The notes below the pieces were generated by a model. It ran no database searches, was not told where the DNA came from, and saw only the letters and a program-made list of their open reading frames with translations. Of a stretch of DNA of 64,000 nt, positions 42,325 through 51,711 are shown piece by piece. How positions within the stretch are numbered: position 1 is the first letter of the stretch; each line of letters opens with the position of its first letter. The DNA is from Acidobacteriota bacterium. Its GTDB lineage: Bacteria; Acidobacteriota; UBA890; WLXD01. The translations under genes were made by a program, and so were the position numbers. The stretch covers positions 1,344,001 to 1,408,000 of the forward strand of contig CBDBHB010000009.1 in the NCBI GenBank assembly GCA_965205505.1. Direction: 5' to 3'.

Positions 42325-43209
42325 ATGCGACGTACATATCGGATCGGAGCATTGGCCCTTGCCCTTGCCGTGATCTCGGCGCTCCTCACCATGGCCGCGG
42401 CAGTGCCGGCGCTCCAGGGTGATTGGGAGACCACCGAGGTGGCCGACGGTGTTTATCAGTTCCGTTACGGAGGGCACTACAATCTCTTCGTCGTCACGCA
42501 AGATGGCGTGATTGCGTTCGATCCGCTGTCGGTCGAGGCTGCCGAGATCTACGCTCGGGAGATTCAGCGGGTGGCGCCCGGAGCGAAGCTGTTGGCGATC
42601 GTCTACAGCCACAGCCACGATGATCACGCAACCGGCGCGATGGTCTTGCAATCTGCTTTCGGCGAGGTGCCGATCATCGCGCACGCCAACGCCGTCGAGC
42701 CGATCCGGGCGGCGGCAGACCCTGCTCTGCCGCTCCCGACGATCACGTTTACCGATCGCATGACGCTTCACCACGGTGGGCGGACTCTCGACCTCTACTA
42801 CTTGGGTAAGAGCCACACAGACAACATGCTCGTGGCGCTCCTTAGGGAGGATAGGATTGCCTTTGCTGTCGACATCGTAACCAACGGCACCACGCCCTAC
42901 CGGGACCTGTACGCGCACGAGTTTCCCGACTTCTTCGATACCCTGCAGCGTGTGCAGGAGCTGAGCTACGAAACGATGCTGTTCGGACACGATCTGCCGG
43001 GCGACCGCCAGTCGATCGATGGCCAGATCGTTTACTATGACGCGCTACGCGACGTGGTGCGGCAAGCGATCGAGGCCGGAAAGTCGGAGGACGAAGCCGC
43101 AGCGACCGTGCGGCTACTCCAATACGAGAGTTGGGGCCGTTACGAGGAATACTTTCCATTGAACGTGCGCGGCATGTATCGGTGGCTCGCTTCGCAACCG
43201 CCGCGCTGA
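42325..43209 (+). CDS. MBL-fold metallo-hydrolase, secreted
   Basis: YSHSHDDH, SHTD, FAVD, FGH. Signal peptide and AGGAG RBS. Confidence 0.88.
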   Translation: MRRTYRIGALALALAVISALLTMAAAVPALQGDWETTEVADGVYQFRYGGHYNLFVVTQDGVIAFDPLSVEAAEIYAREIQRVAPGAKLLAIVYSHSHDDHATGAMVLQSAFGEVPIIAHANAVEPIRAAADPALPLPTITFTDRMTLHHGGRTLDLYYLGKSHTDNMLVALLREDRIAFAVDIVTNGTTPYRDLYAHEFPDFFDTLQRVQELSYETMLFGHDLPGDRQSIDGQIVYYDALRDVVRQAIEAGKSEDEAAATVRLLQYESWGRYEEYFPLNVRGMYRWLASQPPR

Positions 43210-43236
43210 GCCTCACTGGTGGAAGCGGGCCGCTAG

Positions 43237-43504
43237 CAGGCCGTGGTGAAAGTGTGGTGGGTCTGACAGGGTCTTGCGAATTGGAGGCAAGGAGAGAGGA
43301 GGAGGCGATGGTTACCCCATCGTTGACGAGGAACGACGCAGCAAACGCGCGCAACCCCCTGTCGCCCGAAGGGGTATGGCGATTTGGGGCCATTTGCGGC
43401 GTTGGCCTTCCTCGACGATGGCTAGGGCATCGCCAGTGTCAGGCCGCCTTGCATCTGGCCCCAACTCGCCGTAACCAGACCCACCACACTTTCACCACGG
43501 CGTG
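43237..43504. mobile_element. 268-bp MITE/REP-like element flanked by CTAG
   Basis: 29-bp TIRs CAGGCCGTGGTGAAAGTGTGGTGGGTCTG (28/29 match). CTAG at 43233-36 and 43505-08. No coding capacity. Confidence 0.88.
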
Positions 43505-43524
43505 CTAGCTGAAGGAGAAGCCTC

Positions 43525-44952
43525 ATGACATGCACAGTGCCCGTGCGGGCAGCCGTGCTCTCGATTTCTGCGTTGCTCACCGTACCGCTCGCGTACGCGC
43601 AGTCGGACGTGATCACGGCGAAGGCGAGCGCGGAAATCCTCCATCTGATGCGCACGGAGAAGCTCGACCTGATCCTTCCCGGGGCCATGCGCGACAACAA
43701 CGTCGACATGTGGATCCATGTCACCCGCCTGGGTGATCCCGATCCGATGGTCCAGCAGTTCGGCAACGCGTGGGGCTACATCGTGTTCACCGACCGGGGA
43801 GGCGACCGGATCGAGCGAGCGCTGTTCGGCGGCGGAGGGAATCGGGATTTCTTCGATATCTTCGGTTCGCGGGAGATCCGCATGGCGATCGCCGGCTATG
43901 ACTACGGCGATCAAGATTTCTCGGTTTACGACGAGCTGCGTGATTTCGTTGCCGAGCGGGACCCGTCGACGATCGCGGTCAACACATCCGATTGGTTAGC
44001 GATCGCCGACGGCATATCTCACTCGCAATACGTCAAGCTCGAAAAAATCTTGGGGCCGGAGTACTCGGCGAGAATCATCTCTGCAGAAAACGTGATCACC
44101 GACTTCCGAGTGCGCCGGACGCAGCGGGAGATCGTTGCCTACGCCAACGCCCTGGAGATACACCGGCAAATCCTCGAGCGGGCGCTGTCCAACGAGGTCA
44201 TAACGCCGGGTGAAACTACCCTGGGCGAGGTGGGTGCGTGGGTACGAGAGCAGTTTCACCAGCGGGGCCTGTTGCGAGGCCCCGATGGCGGCGCGGGTTC
44301 GCCCGGTGTTCTGTATTCGGCGACCGCGTCGACGCCCAGGCGGTCCGGTGGCCGCGACTATGTCATCCAGCGCGGTGATTTCCTGAGCTACGACACCGGC
44401 GTCAGGTATCTCGACTACTTCTCCACCGACTACAAGCGCAACGCCTACGTCCTTCGAGAAGGAGAGACGGCCGCGCCAGCGAGCATTCAGCACGCTTTCG
44501 ACCGAGCTGTCGGGGCCCGCGAGATCATCCGCGGTCAGATCAGGGTCGGTAGAACGGCCGGCGCGACGTTGGCCGCCATCGTCGAAGCCCTGGAGGCCGC
44601 CGACTACATCTACACACCCTTTATCGACATCGGCGAAGAGGACTACAAACTCGTGCAGGAGGCGCTGATCAACACCGACAGGTCCGGATTTTCCATCGAC
44701 CTCCACAGTCAGGGCAACAACAGTGGCAGCCTGGTGACGGTGGGGCCTTCGGTGGCGCCATTCCGATCAGACCGAGATCACTTGGTGATTCAGGAGAACC
44801 ACATGTTTTCTTTCGAGTACATGGTTCACACGAATCTTCCCGAGCGGCCCAGCTATCCCGTTTCGATCAACATCGAGGGCAATCACATCGTGACCAGCCG
44901 GGGGGTCGAGTATCTCTATCCCCCCAACGAACGAATCCTGCTAATTCACTGA
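43525..44952 (+). CDS. M24 family (Xaa-Pro peptidase-like) secreted protein
   Basis: AMRDNNVDMWI, ADGIS, metal ligands YDTG..STD, DLH, FE, IE. Confidence 0.82.
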   Translation: MTCTVPVRAAVLSISALLTVPLAYAQSDVITAKASAEILHLMRTEKLDLILPGAMRDNNVDMWIHVTRLGDPDPMVQQFGNAWGYIVFTDRGGDRIERALFGGGGNRDFFDIFGSREIRMAIAGYDYGDQDFSVYDELRDFVAERDPSTIAVNTSDWLAIADGISHSQYVKLEKILGPEYSARIISAENVITDFRVRRTQREIVAYANALEIHRQILERALSNEVITPGETTLGEVGAWVREQFHQRGLLRGPDGGAGSPGVLYSATASTPRRSGGRDYVIQRGDFLSYDTGVRYLDYFSTDYKRNAYVLREGETAAPASIQHAFDRAVGAREIIRGQIRVGRTAGATLAAIVEALEAADYIYTPFIDIGEEDYKLVQEALINTDRSGFSIDLHSQGNNSGSLVTVGPSVAPFRSDRDHLVIQENHMFSFEYMVHTNLPERPSYPVSINIEGNHIVTSRGVEYLYPPNERILLIH

Positions 44953-45031
44953 GACCATGTCGGGCGCCGGTTCCGGAATCGCGGTTTCGCCGAGCCTCGA
45001 GCCATCCGTCGCGCAGGATAGCCTTGGTGCC

Positions 45032-46606
45032 ATGCACGGTCGCGCGCGAGCCAACTCCAGTTCCGCCCTGGCGATCTTTCTGCTCGTCGCATCGCTGGGG
45101 TGCGTCGCCGAGCGGGGCCCGTCCCGCTCCCGCTTCGTGGCCCTGATCGAGGGGGTTCCCCCGGGTCTCGATCCGATCGGGGCTGAGGATAGCCGCATCA
45201 ACAACCCGGCGCTCAACCTCTATAACTCGCTCATTCAGTATCGGCCGGGCACCATGGAGCTGGAAATGGAGCTGGCCGAGAGCGCGGTGCTGTCGCCCGA
45301 CGGGCTTCGCCACACGTTCCGTCTTCGCGAGGGGGTGCGCTTCCACGACGGTTCCACGGTCGGCGCCGCCGACGTTGCCTACACGATCGAGCGGACGGTG
45401 GCTCTGGGGATCGGTGTGTACGCGTACATGTCGCTGATAGCCGGCGCGGAGATCATCGACGAGCGCACCGTTGCGATCCTGCTGTCGGCTCCGTACCCGG
45501 GTCTCCTGCCGGCGCTCAGCCACCTCTACATTCTCAACGCGAAGCTCGTGCGTGCTCACGAGCAGGACGGCGACTGGGGACAGAGGTGGCTTCAGAACCA
45601 CGAGGCCGGCAGCGGACCGTACCGATTGGCGTCGTTCGAGGCGCAGCAGAGCTACACGATCGAGCGCTTTTCCGACTATTTCAAGGGCTGGGCAGGCAAG
45701 CACATCGACAGCGCCGTGTTCCGCATGATCCAGGCGGAGGGGACACGACGCATGGCACTCGAGAACGGTGATGCCGATTGGATCTACCTTTCGAGCGCTG
45801 ACAGCTTCGAGGCTCTGCGGGGCGTCGACGGCCTCGTGCTGAATCGAGAGCCGACCCTCAACCAGCTCTATTTCGCCTTCAACACGCAGACCGAGCAGCT
45901 GCGCGACCCGCGGGTACGCCGGGCGTTGGCGCTCGCCTACGACTACAGCGGCCACGTTGCGCACCTCAGGCATGGCAACGCGGTGATCGCCCGGGGACCG
46001 CTTCCCGATGGCGCCGGTTGCTACGACCCCACCACGCCGCCGGCCCGAACTGACCTCGACGAGGCGCGAGAGCTGATGAGCGCGGCGGGTTATCCCGAGG
46101 GCGGCTTCGAGCTCAGCATGGCGTTCGAGGGTACCACCGGAGAGACTGACTTCTTCTTGCTGCTGCAGGCGGGTGCGGCCGATCTCGGCATCACGCTGAC
46201 GGCGCTCGACATCGAGTTCGATGCCAAGGTTGCCAACTACGCGTCGCTCGAGACCGCCACCGATGTGGGCACGATTTGGATCTACGTGTCTTCACCCGAT
46301 CCACATCAGTACCTGTTTCGGTTGGCGCACTCGAGCCAGGCCGGCAACGGCGGGCGAAACTTCGCCTTCTACTCCAGCGCGCGGGTGGACCGGCTGCTTG
46401 ACGACGCGGTCAGCGAGATGGACTCCGCGCTGCGGTGCGACATGTATCGGGAGGCGATGGAGATCCTACGCAACGACATGCCGTTCACCCCGGTGGTGAC
46501 GATGGTGGCCCTGTCAGCCCAGCGCGACTACGTGCGAGGCTACAACCCGACGAAGGGACACCCGCTGACGCAGAACGTCTATCCGATGTGGCTGGAGGGA
46601 GGCTGA
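45032..46606 (+). CDS. ABC transporter substrate-binding protein, family 5 (peptide/nickel), lipoprotein
   Basis: LDP, LYNSL, FRLREGVRFHDG, GSGPY, DPRVRRAL. ASLGC lipobox. Confidence 0.9.
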   Translation: MHGRARANSSSALAIFLLVASLGCVAERGPSRSRFVALIEGVPPGLDPIGAEDSRINNPALNLYNSLIQYRPGTMELEMELAESAVLSPDGLRHTFRLREGVRFHDGSTVGAADVAYTIERTVALGIGVYAYMSLIAGAEIIDERTVAILLSAPYPGLLPALSHLYILNAKLVRAHEQDGDWGQRWLQNHEAGSGPYRLASFEAQQSYTIERFSDYFKGWAGKHIDSAVFRMIQAEGTRRMALENGDADWIYLSSADSFEALRGVDGLVLNREPTLNQLYFAFNTQTEQLRDPRVRRALALAYDYSGHVAHLRHGNAVIARGPLPDGAGCYDPTTPPARTDLDEARELMSAAGYPEGGFELSMAFEGTTGETDFFLLLQAGAADLGITLTALDIEFDAKVANYASLETATDVGTIWIYVSSPDPHQYLFRLAHSSQAGNGGRNFAFYSSARVDRLLDDAVSEMDSALRCDMYREAMEILRNDMPFTPVVTMVALSAQRDYVRGYNPTKGHPLTQNVYPMWLEGG

Positions 46607-47352
46607 TGAATCGTCAGATCCGTATTTGCGCCATCATTCCGGTGCGCGACGGGCTGCAATCGTGGGGCGACATCCATCGCGAGCTGCTGGAGCCGCTGGC
46701 CAGTCCCGACGTCAAGATCACGCTGGTCGATCTGCCCGAGGCACCAGTCGACGCGATCAGCGACTCCTACACCTCGGAGCTGGTCGCTCTGCAGCACGTT
46801 CAAGCGGCGATCGACGCCGAGCGGGCGGGCTACGACGCCGTCGCCATGGGCTGTCTCGGGGAGCCTGGTGTAGTTGCTGCCAAGGAGGCGCTCGATATTC
46901 CGGTGATTGGCGAGGCGCAGGCGGCGATGCATTACGCTTCGATGGTGGGGCGCCGATTCTCGTTCTTGATGCCGGGATCGAGCAGCGGCCGCCAGACTGG
47001 CAGTCGGGCGCGCCGCTACGAGGAGGTTGCCGCCCGCTATGGATTACAGCGCAAGTTGGCGTCGGTCCGCAGTGTGCTCGCCGGATCATTGGACTTCGCA
47101 GCAGGGGGGGCGACCCTCGCCGCCGAGATGCTCGAGCAAGGCCGCCTTGCGGTGACGGAGGACGGCGCCGATTCGGTAATCGGCTATGGTGGGCTGGAGG
47201 TCATCGAGCGGCTGCGCGAAGGGCTCGACGTGCCGGTAATCGAGCCGATCCAGGCTTCCGCCATGATGGCCGAAAGCCTCGCACGCCTGCGCCTGTCGCA
47301 GAGCAAGCATGCGTTCAGCAAGCCCAAGTTCTTGCAAGCCGAGCCAATCTGA
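46606..47352 (+). CDS. Asp/Glu/hydantoin racemase family protein
   Basis: GYDAVAMGCLGEPG, IPVIGEAQA, DGAD, VPVIEP. TGATG coupling to the binding-protein gene. Confidence 0.85.
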   Translation: MNRQIRICAIIPVRDGLQSWGDIHRELLEPLASPDVKITLVDLPEAPVDAISDSYTSELVALQHVQAAIDAERAGYDAVAMGCLGEPGVVAAKEALDIPVIGEAQAAMHYASMVGRRFSFLMPGSSSGRQTGSRARRYEEVAARYGLQRKLASVRSVLAGSLDFAAGGATLAAEMLEQGRLAVTEDGADSVIGYGGLEVIERLREGLDVPVIEPIQASAMMAESLARLRLSQSKHAFSKPKFLQAEPI

Positions 47353-47394
47353 TCGATCCGTCCGGTTCACCTGCTACTGACACGAGGGAGCGAG

Positions 47395-48405
47395 ATGGTC
47401 CCCACCCTGCATTCGGAAGAATTCGGCGACATCGTTATCAAGAGCCTCGTCCGGCCGGAGCCCGGCGATGCGCTGCTCGTTCTGGCCGACGCCAGCGCCG
47501 ATCAGGTGCTGGCGAAAGTGCTGCTCGACGCCGGCATCCGCGCCGGCGCTGATGCCCAGCTCATCGTCAAGCCGGTGTCGGCAACGCAGGACGTTGCCAC
47601 CAAGCCGGGACCGATCCTCTCGGACGCGATTCGCGCCAGCCGGCTCATCCTGTCGATCTGCGACGATGGCATCGACGCTTCCAAGCCGATGCTGGAGGCG
47701 CGGGCGAACGGCACGCGGGCGCTGTTCTGTGCCATCGCCGGCGTCGAGGACTATGTCATGCGAGGGCTCCTGAACGTCGACGTCGACGCCATGTTGCGCA
47801 ACGTCGATCGCGTCGTCGATCTCTGGCATGCTGCCGACCACTGCCGCGTTACCTCACCCGAGGGAACCGATGTGGAGTTCCGTCTCGGCGATCGCAAGTG
47901 CAAGGTTGGCGACGGCGCCCTGACCGAAGACGGCGAGATCGATTTCTTCCCCGGCGCCCAGGTCAGCATCGCGGCGCTCGAAGATACGATCAACGGCACT
48001 GTCGTCATCGATGCCAGCGACAGCGTCCAGGGCATCGTCCACGAGCCTTACAGCTTCACGCTCGAGAGCGGTGTCGTGACCTCGGTGGACGGTGGCAAGG
48101 AGGCCAACACGATGCGCCAGTGGTTGGAGAGCTGCGGCCAGCCGGCGATCTACGAGCTCTGCCACTTCAGCATCGGCCTCAACCCCGAGGCGGGCATCTC
48201 CGGCCACATGATCGAGGACGAGCGCAAGCTGGCGGCCGTCGACTTCGGCTTCGGCTACCAGAACCCGACCTTCGGCGGCACCGTCGGGCCCTGCGACTTC
48301 CACATGGACATCATGCTCTCGACGCCCACCGTCTACCTCGACGGCAAGGAGATGAGCGGCGGTGGACGCCTCAACCCGGAGCTCAGCTTCGAACAGAAAC
48401 CCTAG
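47395..48405 (+). CDS. M29/leucyl aminopeptidase-like (NicX-like) protein
   Basis: RVTSPEGTD, FPGAQV, INGTVVID, HFSIGLNP, EDER, FHMDIM. Confidence 0.75.
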   Translation: MVPTLHSEEFGDIVIKSLVRPEPGDALLVLADASADQVLAKVLLDAGIRAGADAQLIVKPVSATQDVATKPGPILSDAIRASRLILSICDDGIDASKPMLEARANGTRALFCAIAGVEDYVMRGLLNVDVDAMLRNVDRVVDLWHAADHCRVTSPEGTDVEFRLGDRKCKVGDGALTEDGEIDFFPGAQVSIAALEDTINGTVVIDASDSVQGIVHEPYSFTLESGVVTSVDGGKEANTMRQWLESCGQPAIYELCHFSIGLNPEAGISGHMIEDERKLAAVDFGFGYQNPTFGGTVGPCDFHMDIMLSTPTVYLDGKEMSGGGRLNPELSFEQKP

Positions 48406-48443
48406 CAGGCCAGGCCCGCCACACTTCCACCACGGCCTGCTAA
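48402..48443. repeat. collapsed CTAG-MITE relic
   Basis: CTAG-CAGGCC-AGGCCCGCCACACTTCCACCACGGCCTG-CTAA: both ends fused. The CTAG contains the upstream stop codon. Confidence 0.8.
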
Positions 48444-48447
48444 GGAA

Positions 48448-50070
48448 TTACCGCGCGTCGCCGATGCCGGCGTAGCGAACTCCGGCGAGGGAGGCCATAT
48501 CGCGGCTCCACGTCGTGAGGTCGTCGGCATCGAGCTGGTTCAGATGCGCGTGGCCGCAGGCGCGGGCCATGACTCCCATCAGCTCCACCGTGGCGGTGAA
48601 GTAGGTGCTCAACCGGCGCGCCGACTCGTCGATCACGAGGCGGGCACGGAGATGGTCCTGCTGCGTCGCGATTCCCACCGGGCAGTTGTTGGTGTGGCAA
48701 GCGCGCATGCCGAGACAGCCGATCGCCTGAATCGCCGAGTTGGCGAGCGCGATGCCGTCGGCCCCGAGGGCGAGGGCCTTCACGAAGTCGGCCTCGGTGC
48801 GGAGCCTCCCGGTGATGATCAGCGTCACGTCGCGCGACTTCCCGAGGTGGCGGCGCGCCCGCGCCAGCGCCGGAATCGTCGGCACCGAGATGTTCTTTTT
48901 GAATAGCTCCGGAGCCGCGCCCGTGCCGCCGCCGCGGATGATGTAGTCGGCGCCGGCCTCGAGGGCGAAGTCGATATCGGCCTCGATGTGCTGCGCCGAG
49001 ATCTTGAAGCCGATGGGGATGCCGCCGCTCGCCTCGCGAACCTGGTCGGAGACCTCGCGGAAATCCTCTGAGGTGGTCAGGTCGGGGAACGTTGCCGGGC
49101 TTATCGCCGCCTGCCCCGGCTTGAGGCCGCGCACCTCGGCAATCTGCCCCGACACCTTGTGTCCGGGCAAATGGCCGCCGGTCCCTGTCTTGGCGCCCTG
49201 CCCGCCCTTGAAGTGAAATGCCTGGCACCGGGCGGCCTTGTCGAGATCCCAGCCGAAGCGGGCCGAGGCGAGCTCGTAGAAGTACCGCGAGTTGGCCTCC
49301 TGCTCCTCGGGTAACATGCCACCCTCACCGGAGCAGATCCCGGTGCCGGCCAGCTCCGCACCGGTCGCCAGGGCAACCTTGGCCTCGGCGCTGATGGCGC
49401 CGAAGCTCATGTCGCTCACGAACAGCGGGATGTCGAGCCGCAGGGGCTTGGCCGCGTTCGGCCCGACGACCAGCTCGGTGCCGACCTCGGCTTCGTCGAG
49501 CAGCGGCTTGCGGGCGAGCTGCGCGGTGACGATCTGCAGGTCGTCCCACCGCGGCAGCTCGGTGAGCGCCACGCCCATCGCCGAGACCGGACCGTGGTGG
49601 CCGACCTTCTCGAGACCGTGCTCGGCGAGGTTCTGAATGTGCCGGTTGTAGGGCTCGAGCGAGGTCCCCGTCGGATCGGCGTAGAGGCCCAGATACGCGT
49701 CGCGATTGTACGGTTGCGGGTGCTCTTTCTGCCATGCCTCGACCTCGGCCGCGTCGACCATTACCGCGTCCGCTTCCTCGTCTACCCATGCTGCAAAACG
49801 CGGCAGCACCTTGCCGCGCGGCGTCACGCCGGTCTGGCGGTCGTAGCTCCAGCCGTGCACGCCGCACACCAGCCGATCGCCATCGACACGGCCATCGGCA
49901 AGCAGCACGCCCCGATGCAGGCAGCGGCCGTAGAAGACCGATACGTCGGTGCCGGCTCGCAAGACGACGAGATCGACGCCCGCCACCAGCGCGTAGGCGG
50001 GCTTGCCGTCGTCGAGCTCGGTCCACGCCGCGACGCGGGCTTTTCTCTGCACCGTTGCGCTCAACTGCAC
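48448..50070 (-). CDS. Rieske domain + FMN-binding glutamate synthase family protein
   Basis: GRCLHRG..CGVHGW Rieske motif, SDMSFGA, CSGEGG, GQGAKTGTGGHLPG, CLGMRACHTNNCP. Confidence 0.9.
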   Translation of the reverse strand: MQLSATVQRKARVAAWTELDDGKPAYALVAGVDLVVLRAGTDVSVFYGRCLHRGVLLADGRVDGDRLVCGVHGWSYDRQTGVTPRGKVLPRFAAWVDEEADAVMVDAAEVEAWQKEHPQPYNRDAYLGLYADPTGTSLEPYNRHIQNLAEHGLEKVGHHGPVSAMGVALTELPRWDDLQIVTAQLARKPLLDEAEVGTELVVGPNAAKPLRLDIPLFVSDMSFGAISAEAKVALATGAELAGTGICSGEGGMLPEEQEANSRYFYELASARFGWDLDKAARCQAFHFKGGQGAKTGTGGHLPGHKVSGQIAEVRGLKPGQAAISPATFPDLTTSEDFREVSDQVREASGGIPIGFKISAQHIEADIDFALEAGADYIIRGGGTGAAPELFKKNISVPTIPALARARRHLGKSRDVTLIITGRLRTEADFVKALALGADGIALANSAIQAIGCLGMRACHTNNCPVGIATQQDHLRARLVIDESARRLSTYFTATVELMGVMARACGHAHLNQLDADDLTTWSRDMASLAGVRYAGIGDAR

Positions 50071-50146
50071 CTCAGCGGGCGAAGGTTTACAAAACTTTAC
50101 GGGCGTGGACTATACCTCGCTGGCTCGACTGCGTTATGAGTGAGAC

Positions 50147-51610
50147 ATGGAGATCCGACTGACAAGGCAAGCTCTCTCGAGCCTGCTCGTTGCGGTGATC
50201 GTTTTGAGCATTGGCCCGCCGGCGATCGCACAGGGCGGCGTCCGCGAGCGGCTCCAGGGAGTCGAACGTGGCCAGGGCTTTTCCGGCCGCGACATGATGA
50301 ACCGGAAGTTCGACGCGGTGGTGCCAGGCATCGGCGAGTCGATGCCCGACATCACCGTCTACGACGATGCCGGCACACCGGTCTCCTTGGAGCAGCTGCT
50401 GCAGGGTCACTACTCGGTGGTGATTCTCGGCTGCCTCACGTGACCGCCCTTCCTGAGCAAGGTCTCCCGGGTGGAGACCCTACTGCGGGACTACGGTCCT
50501 GAAGGCGTCGAGTTCTTCTACGTCTACAAGTCGCTCGCCCACCCCGGGCTCAACGGCTACGTGCAGCCGATAACGCTGGCGGAGCGTCTGATGCACATCG
50601 CCGAGGCCAAGCGAGCCCTCGGCACCGAGGTCACTTGGATTGCCGACAACATGGACAACGAGCTCAAGCGAGCCCTGGGGGACGTGCCCAACGCCGAACT
50701 GGTGATCGATCCTGAGGGCAAGGTCGTGGCGCGCCGGGCGTGGAGCGATCCCTCGGCGCTGAGTGTTGACCTCGAAAATCTCATCGGACCCGTAGACGAT
50801 CCGACCTCTGTGGCCGACCTCGACATGCCCGCCCCCGACTACTACGAGCCCACGGTGGCGACCGGTGTCGTGCCGCGGCTCCAGCTCCCGGGGCGCATGC
50901 AGCCGCTGGAGATCGAACTGACCGATTCGGTGAACGATCTTCCGGCCTACGCCAAGCTCCGCGTCGAGGCCGGTCCGGGCGTTCTGGAGGAGGGCAGGGG
51001 ACAGCTCTACCTCGGCTTTGTTCTCGATCCGATCTACCGGGTGCACTGGAACAACCTGGCGCCGCAGCCGGAGTACTCGATCGCGTCGCCCGAGGGCGTG
51101 GAGCTCAATCCGGCGGCGGCGACCTTCCCCGAGGTCGAGCAAGAGGCCGATGCCGACCCGCGCGAGTTTCTCGTCGAGATCAATGCCGATCGCCCACCGG
51201 GTGAGGGCGAAGAGCCTCTCGAGCTCACCGTTACCTACTATGCCTGCGACAACGACAACACTTGGTGCATCCCGGTAACGCAGAGCTACGAGATCTCGCT
51301 GGTGGCCGATCCCGACGGCGGCCGTGCCTTCGGCCGCGGCGCTGGAGGCCGGTTCGGCGGGGGCCGCGGAATGCCGGGCGGACCTGGTGGAATGCCGGGC
51401 GGCGGGCAGGGCAGACCTGACCGCAACATGATGCGCGAGCGGATTCGGAGCTGGGATACCAACGCCGATGGCCTGATTGTCCGCGACGAGGTGCCTGAGC
51501 CGATGCGCGAGCGCTTCTTCGACCGCGCCGACACGAACGGCGACGGTGTGATCGACGCCGAGGAGCTCGATTCGATGCTCGAGCGCATGCCGCGCGGGCG
51601 GCAGCGCTAG
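50147..51610 (+). CDS. selenocysteine-containing deiodinase-like secreted protein (Sec99) with DsbD-N-like and EF-hand domains
   Basis: Two ORFs in the same frame joined by TGA 50441-43 in VILGCLT-U-PPF (compare deiodinase SCTUPPF). FFYVYKSLAHP, WIADNMDN, YYACDNDNTWCIP, DTNADG and DTNGDG. Confidence 0.82.
50461..50479 (+). promoter_or_regulatory. putative bacterial SECIS element
   Basis: GGTCTCC-CGGGT-GGAGACC, perfect 7-bp stem starting 17 nt after the UGA. Confidence 0.7.
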
Positions 51611-51638
51611 CAGGCCGCCACACTTCGACCACGGCTGC
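51607..51638. repeat. collapsed CTAG-MITE relic
   Basis: CTAG-CAGGCC-GCCACACTTCGACCACGGCTG. The CTAG contains the upstream stop codon. Confidence 0.75.
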
Positions 51639-51711
51639 GCTTTCGTTCTCACCACCGCCTTGGGATATGGTGCGCCTACCGCTTCGGCAACTTGGAGTCG
51701 TGAAAGGCGTC

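Noticed and set aside
51320-51415. GGC-rich repeats
   Set aside because: They encode the Gly-rich linker of the selenoprotein and are not an independent DNA repeat.
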